Shown here: in pieces, positions 58,181 to 64,000 of the stretch | Layout of the letters: every line of letters begins with the position of its first letter | How positions within the stretch are numbered: position 1 is the stretch's first letter | DNA from: Eledone cirrhosa | Lineage: Eukaryota | NCBI GenBank assembly: GCA_964016885.1 | Contig: OZ024741.1 | Location: 404,178,001 to 404,242,000 of the forward strand | Reading direction: 5' to 3' | DNA: 64,000 nucleotides | Notes under the pieces: model-generated | Seen by the model: only the letters and a program-made list of their open reading frames with translations | Database searches by the model: none | What the model was told of the DNA's origin: nothing | Made by a program: the position numbers and the translations under genes

Positions 58181-60459
58181 TATCTTATATGTAACAGTAT
58201 GTCCCCTACCATGATCTTATCTGTAACAGTATGTCCCCTACCATGATCTTATCTGTAACAGTATGTCCCCTACCATGATCTTATATGTAACAGTATGTCC
58301 CCTACCATATATCATATCTATAACAGTATGTCCCCTACCATATATCTTATATGTAACATTATGTCCCCTACCATGATCTTATATGTAACAGTATGTCCCC
58401 TACCATGATCTTATATGTAACAGTATGTCCCCTACCATATATCTTATATGTAACAGTATGTCCCCTTCCATAATCTTATATGTAACAGTATGTCCCCTAC
58501 CATATATCTTATATGTAACATTATGCCCCCTACCATGATCTTATATGTAACAGTATGTCCCCTACCATAATCTTATATGTAACAGTATGTACCCTACCAT
58601 ATATCTTACATGTAACAGTATGTCCCCTACCATATATCTTATATGTAACAGTATATCCCCTACCATATATCTTATCTATAACTGTATGTCCCCTACCATA
58701 TATCTTATCTATAACAGTATGTCCCCTACCATATATCTTATATGTAACAGTATGTCCCCTACCATAATCTTATATGTAACAGTATGTACCCTACCATATA
58801 TCTTACCTGTAACAGTATGTCCCCTACCATATATCTTATATGTAACATTATGTCCCCTACCATATATCTTATATGTAACAGTATGTCCCCTACCATATAT
58901 CTTATATGTAACAGTATGTCCCCTAACATGATCTTACCTGTAACAGTATGTCCCCTACCATGATCTTATATGTAACAGTATGTCCCCTACCATATATCTT
59001 ATGTGTAACAGTATGTCCCCTACCATGATCTTATATGTAACAGTATGTCCCCTACCATATATCTTATATGTAACAGTATGTCCCCTACTATGATCTTATA
59101 TGTAACAGTATGTCCCCTACCATGATCTTACCTGTAACAGTATGTTCCCTACCATGATCTTATCTGTAACAGTACGTCCCCTACCATGATCTTATATGTA
59201 AAAGTATGTCCCCTACCATGATCTTATATGTATCAGTATGTCCCCTACAATGATCTTACCTGTAACAGTATGTTCCCTACCATGATCTAATCTGTAACAG
59301 TATGTCCCCTACCATGATCTTATATGTAACAGTATGTCCCCTACCATGATCTTATATGTATCAGTATGTCCCCTACCATGATCTTATATGTAACAGTATG
59401 TCCCCTACCATGATCTTATATGTAACAGTATGTCCCCTACCATATATCTTATATGTAACAGTATGTCTCCTACCATGATCTTATATGTAACAGTATGTCC
59501 CCTACCATGTTCTTACCTGTAACAGTATGTCCCCTACCATATATCTTATATGTAACAGTATGTTCCCTACCATGAATTTACCTGTAACAGTATGTCCCCT
59601 ACCATATATCTTATATGTAACAGTATGTTCCCTACCATGATTTTATATGTAACAGTATGTTCCCTACCATGATCTTATCTGTAACAGTATGTCCCCTACC
59701 ATGATCTTATATGTAACAGTATGTCCCCTACCATGATCTTATATATATCAGTACGTCCCCTACCATGATCTTATATGTAACAGTATGTCCCATACCATGA
59801 TCTTATATGTAACAGTATGTCCCCTACCATGATCTTATATGTAACGGTATGTCCCCTACCATATATCTTATATGTAACAGTATGTCCCCTACCATGATCT
59901 TATATGTAACAGTATGTCCCCTACCATGATCTTATATGTAACAGTATGTCCCCTACCATATATCTTATCTGTAACAGTATGTACCCTACCATGATCTTAT
60001 ATGTAACAGTATGTCCTCTACGATGATCTTATATGTAACAGTATGTCCCCTATCATATATCTTATATGTAACAGTTTGTCCCTTACCAAGATCTTAACTG
60101 TAACAGTATGTCCCCTACGATGATCTTATATGTAACAGTTTGTCCCCTACCATGATCTTATATGTACCAGTATGTCCCCTACCATGATCTTATATGTAAC
60201 AGTATGTCCCCTACCATATATCTTACCTGTAACAGTATGTCCCCTACCATGATCTTATATGTAACAGTATGTCCCCTACCATGATCTTATATGTAACAGT
60301 ATGTCCCCTACCATGTTCTTATCTGTAACAGTATGTCCACTACTTTGATCTTATATGTAACAGTATGTCCCCTACCATGAACTTATATGTAACAGTATGT
60401 CCCCTACCATATATCTTATCTGTAACAGTATGTCCCCTACCATGATCTTATATGTAACA

Positions 60460-63400
60460 GTATGTCCCCTGCCATATATTTTATATGTAACAGTATGTCC
60501 CCTACCATATATCTTATATGTAACAGTATGTCCCCTACCATAATCTTATATTTAACAGTATGTACCCTACCATATATCTTACCTGTAACAGTATGTCCCC
60601 TACCATATATCTTATATGTAACATTATGTCCCCTACCATGATCTTATATGTAACAGTATGTCCCCTACCATGATCTTATATGTAACAGTATGTCCCCTAC
60701 CATATATCTTATATGTAACAGTATGTCTCCTACCATAATCTTATATGTAACAGTATGTCCCCTACCATATATCTTATATGTAACATTATGCCCCCTACCA
60801 TGATCTTATATGTAACAGTATGTCTCCTACCATAATCTTATATGTAACAGTATGTCCCCTACCATGATCTTATATGTAACAGTTTGTCCCCTACCGTGAT
60901 CTTATATGTAATAGTATGTCCCCTACTATGATCTTATATGTAACAGTATGTCCCCTACCATAATCTTATATGTAACAGTATGTACCCTACCATATATCTT
61001 ACCTGTAACAGTATGTCCACTACCATATATCTTATATGTAACATTATGTCCCCTACCATGATCTTATATGTAACAGTATGTCCCCTACCATGATCTTATA
61101 TGTAACAGTGTGTCCCCTACCATATATCTTATATGTAACAGTATGTCCCCTACCATATATCTTATATGTAACAGTATATCCCCTACCATATATCTTATCT
61201 ATAACAGTATGTCCCCTACCATATATCTTATCTGTAACAGTATGTCCCCTACCATATATCTTATATATAACAGTATGTCCCCTAACATATATCTTATATG
61301 TAACAGTATATCCCCTACCATATATCTTATCTATAACAGTATGTCCCCTACCATATATCTTATCTGTAACAGTATGTCCCCTACCATATATCTTATCTAT
61401 AACAGTATGTCCCCTACCATATATCTTATATGTAACAGTATGTCCCCTACCATGATCTAATCTGTAACAGTATGTCCCCTACCATGATCTTATATGTAAC
61501 AGTATGTCCCCTACCATGATCTTATATGTAACAGAATGTCCCCTGCCATGATCTTATATGTAACAGTATGACCCCTACCATAATCTTATATGTAACAGTA
61601 TGTCCCCTAACATGATCTTACCTGTAACAGTATGTCCCCCTACCATGATCTTATATGTAACAGTATGTCCCCTACCATATATCTTATATGTAACAGTATG
61701 TCCCCTACCATGATCTTATATGTAACAGTATGTCCCCTACCATATATCTTATATTTAACAGTATGTCCCCTACCATGATCTTATATGTAATAGTATGTCC
61801 CCTACCATGATCTTATCTGTAACAGTACGTCCCCTACCATGATCTTATATGTAACAGTATTTCCCCTACCATGATCTTATATGTATCAGTATGTCCCCTA
61901 CCATGATCTTACCTGTAACAGTATGTTCCCTACCATGATCTTATCTGTAACAGTATGTCCCCTACCGTGATCTTATATGTAACAGTATGTCCCCTACCAT
62001 GATCTTATATGTATCAGTATGTCCCCTACCATGATCTTATATGTAACAGTATGTCCCCTACCATGATCTTATGTGTAACAGTATGTCCCCTACCATGATC
62101 TTATATGTAACAGTATGTCCCCTACCATATATCTTATCTGTAACAGTATGTACCCTACCATGATCTTATATGTAACAGTATGTCCTCTACAATGATCTTA
62201 TATGTAACAGTATGTCTCCTACCATATATCTTACATGTAACAGTATGTCCCCTACCATGATCTTATCTTTAACAGTATGTCCCCTGCCATATATTTTATA
62301 TGTAACAGTATGTCCCCTACCATATATCTTATATGTAACAGTATGTCCCCTACCATAATCTTATATTTAACAGTATGTACCCTACCATATATCTTACCTG
62401 TAACAGTATGTCCCCTACCATATATCTTATATGTAACATTATGTCCCCTACCATGATCTTATATGTAACAGTATGTCCCCTACCATGATCTTATATGTAA
62501 CAGTATGTCCCCTACCATATATCTTATATGTAACAGTATGTCTCCTACCATAATCTTATATGTAACAGTATGTCCCCTACCATATATCTTATATGTAACA
62601 TTATGCCCCCTACCATGATCTTATATGTAACAGTATGTCTCCTACCATAATCTTATATGTAACAGTATGTCCCCTACCATGATCTTATATGTAACAGTTT
62701 GTCCCCTACCATGATCTTATATGTAACAGTATGTCCCCTACCATGATCTTATATGTAACAGTATGTCCCCTACCATAATCTTATATGTAACAGTATGTAC
62801 CCTACCATATATCTTACCTGTAACAGTATGTCCCCTACCATATATCTTATATGTAACATTATGTCCCCTACCATGATCTTATATGTAACACTATGTCCCC
62901 TACCATGATCTTATATGTAACAGTATGTACCCTACCATATATCTTATATGTAACAGTATGTCCCCTACCATATATCTTACCTGTAACAGTATATCCCCTA
63001 CCATATATCTTATATGTAACAGTATATCCCCTACCATATATCTTATCTATAACAGTATGTCCCCTACCATATATCTTATCTGTAACAGTATGTCCCCTAC
63101 CATATATCTTATCTATAACAGTATGTCCCCTACCATATATCTTATATGTAACAGTATATCCCCTACCATATATCTCATCTATAGCAGTATGTCCCCTACC
63201 ATATATCTTATCTATAACAGTATGTCCCCTACCATATATCTTATATGTAACAGTATGTCCCCTACCGTGATCTAATCTGTAACAGTATGTCCCCTACCAT
63301 GATCTTATATGTAACAGTATGTCCCCTACCATGATCTTATATGTAACAGAATGTCCCCTGCCATGATCTTATATGTAACAGTATGACCCCTACCATAATC

Positions 63401-64000
63401 TTATATGTAACAGTATGTCCCCTAACATGATCTTACCTGTAACAGTATGTCCCCTACCATGATCTTATATGTAACAGTATGTCCCCTACCATATATCTTA
63501 TATGTAACAGTATGTCCCCTACCATGATCTTATATGTAACAGTATGTCCCCTACCATATATCTTATATTTAACAGTATGTCCCCTACCATGATCTTATAT
63601 GTAACAGTATGTCCCCTACCATGATCTTATCTGTAACAGTACGTCCCCTACCATGATCTTATATGTAACAGTATGTCCCCTACCATGATCTTATATGTAT
63701 CAGTATGTCCCCTACCATGATCTTACCTGTAACAGTATGTTCCCTACCATGATCTTATCTGTAACAGTATGTCCCCTACCATGATCTTATATGTAACAGT
63801 ATGTCCCCTACCATGATCTTATATGTATCAGTATGTCCCCTACCATGATCTTATATGTAACAGTATGTCCCCTACCATGATCTTATATGTAACAGTATGT
63901 CCCCTACCATGATCTTATATGTAACAGTATGTCCCCTACCATATATCTTATCTGTAACAGTATGTACCCTACCATGATCTTATATGTAACAGTATGTCCT
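60460..64000. repeat. Tandem duplication of 1815 bp, second copy cut by the window edge
   Basis: ORF pairs 61078/62893 and 61110/62925. Markers GCCATATATTTT (60471/62286) and CAGAATGTCCCCTGCC (~61532/~63347). Confidence 0.87.

Larger units (their letters stand above)
6782..64000. repeat. Tandem array B: 32/33-bp satellite, more than 57 kb, roughly 1,770 monomers, truncated by the right window edge
   Basis: Head-to-tail TGTAACAGTATGTCCCCTAC-CATGAT/CATATAT-CTTATA throughout, all in one orientation, with no foreign insertion noticed. The 32-bp consensus is 12/32 GC. Copy number is estimated as length divided by about 32.4. Confidence 0.99.

Noticed and set aside
8599-63275. All ORFs inside array B (MSPTIYLICNS, YVTVCPLPYIL, MVGDILLHIR and KIYGRGHTVT repeats)
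   Set aside because: They are translations of the satellite monomer in overlapping frames on both strands. They are open only where 33-mers or compensating frameshifts avoid TGA/TAA, and show no domain or gene structure.
6782-64000. CRISPR array (repeat length about 32 bp with a constant core and variable part)
   Set aside because: There are no unique spacers: the variable segment is a handful of related alleles. There is no leader and no cas gene.
6782-64000. GATC (Dam) and TATA-like motifs in most monomers as regulatory sites or plasmid iterons
   Set aside because: They follow from the monomer sequence, and there is no replication gene, promoter context or prokaryotic feature in the window.
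6782-64000. Assignment as centromeric satellite or to a named repeat family or species
   Set aside because: I do not recognise the monomers with confidence. This would need a Dfam/Repbase/BLAST search and CENH3 data.

Overview
This window is non-coding, eukaryote-like tandem-repeat DNA; I found no credible gene, RNA gene, CRISPR array or transposon. It has three parts. (1) Array A, 1-6602: about 206 copies of a C-rich 32-bp monomer (CACACTACCACCATTCCCTCCTTAGCCAGCCT), open at the left edge. (2) A non-periodic AT-rich linker of about 180 bp, 6603-6781. (3) Array B, 6782-64000: roughly 1,770 monomers, open at the right edge, made of interspersed 32-bp (TGTAACAGTATGTCCCCTACCATGATCTTATA) and 33-bp (...CCATATATCTTATA) types. 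All supplied ORFs except the linker ORF are reading-frame artefacts of array B. Rare variants reveal nested higher-order duplications of about 0.39, 0.7, 1.5, 1.8, 2.2, 2.33, 3.1, 3.66 and 7.8-8.1 kb, including a P-Q-R-P-R-P-Q block mosaic over 20-47 kb. The most unusual observations are possible cryptic kinship of the two 32-bp arrays, a parallel CATATA-forming 33-bp variant in both, a frequent variant reading CAG|GTAAGA (recursive-splice-like) on the minus strand, and a 39-bp chimeric monomer. All functional interpretations are inference. Block boundaries were placed by eye and are good to about 1-2 monomers.
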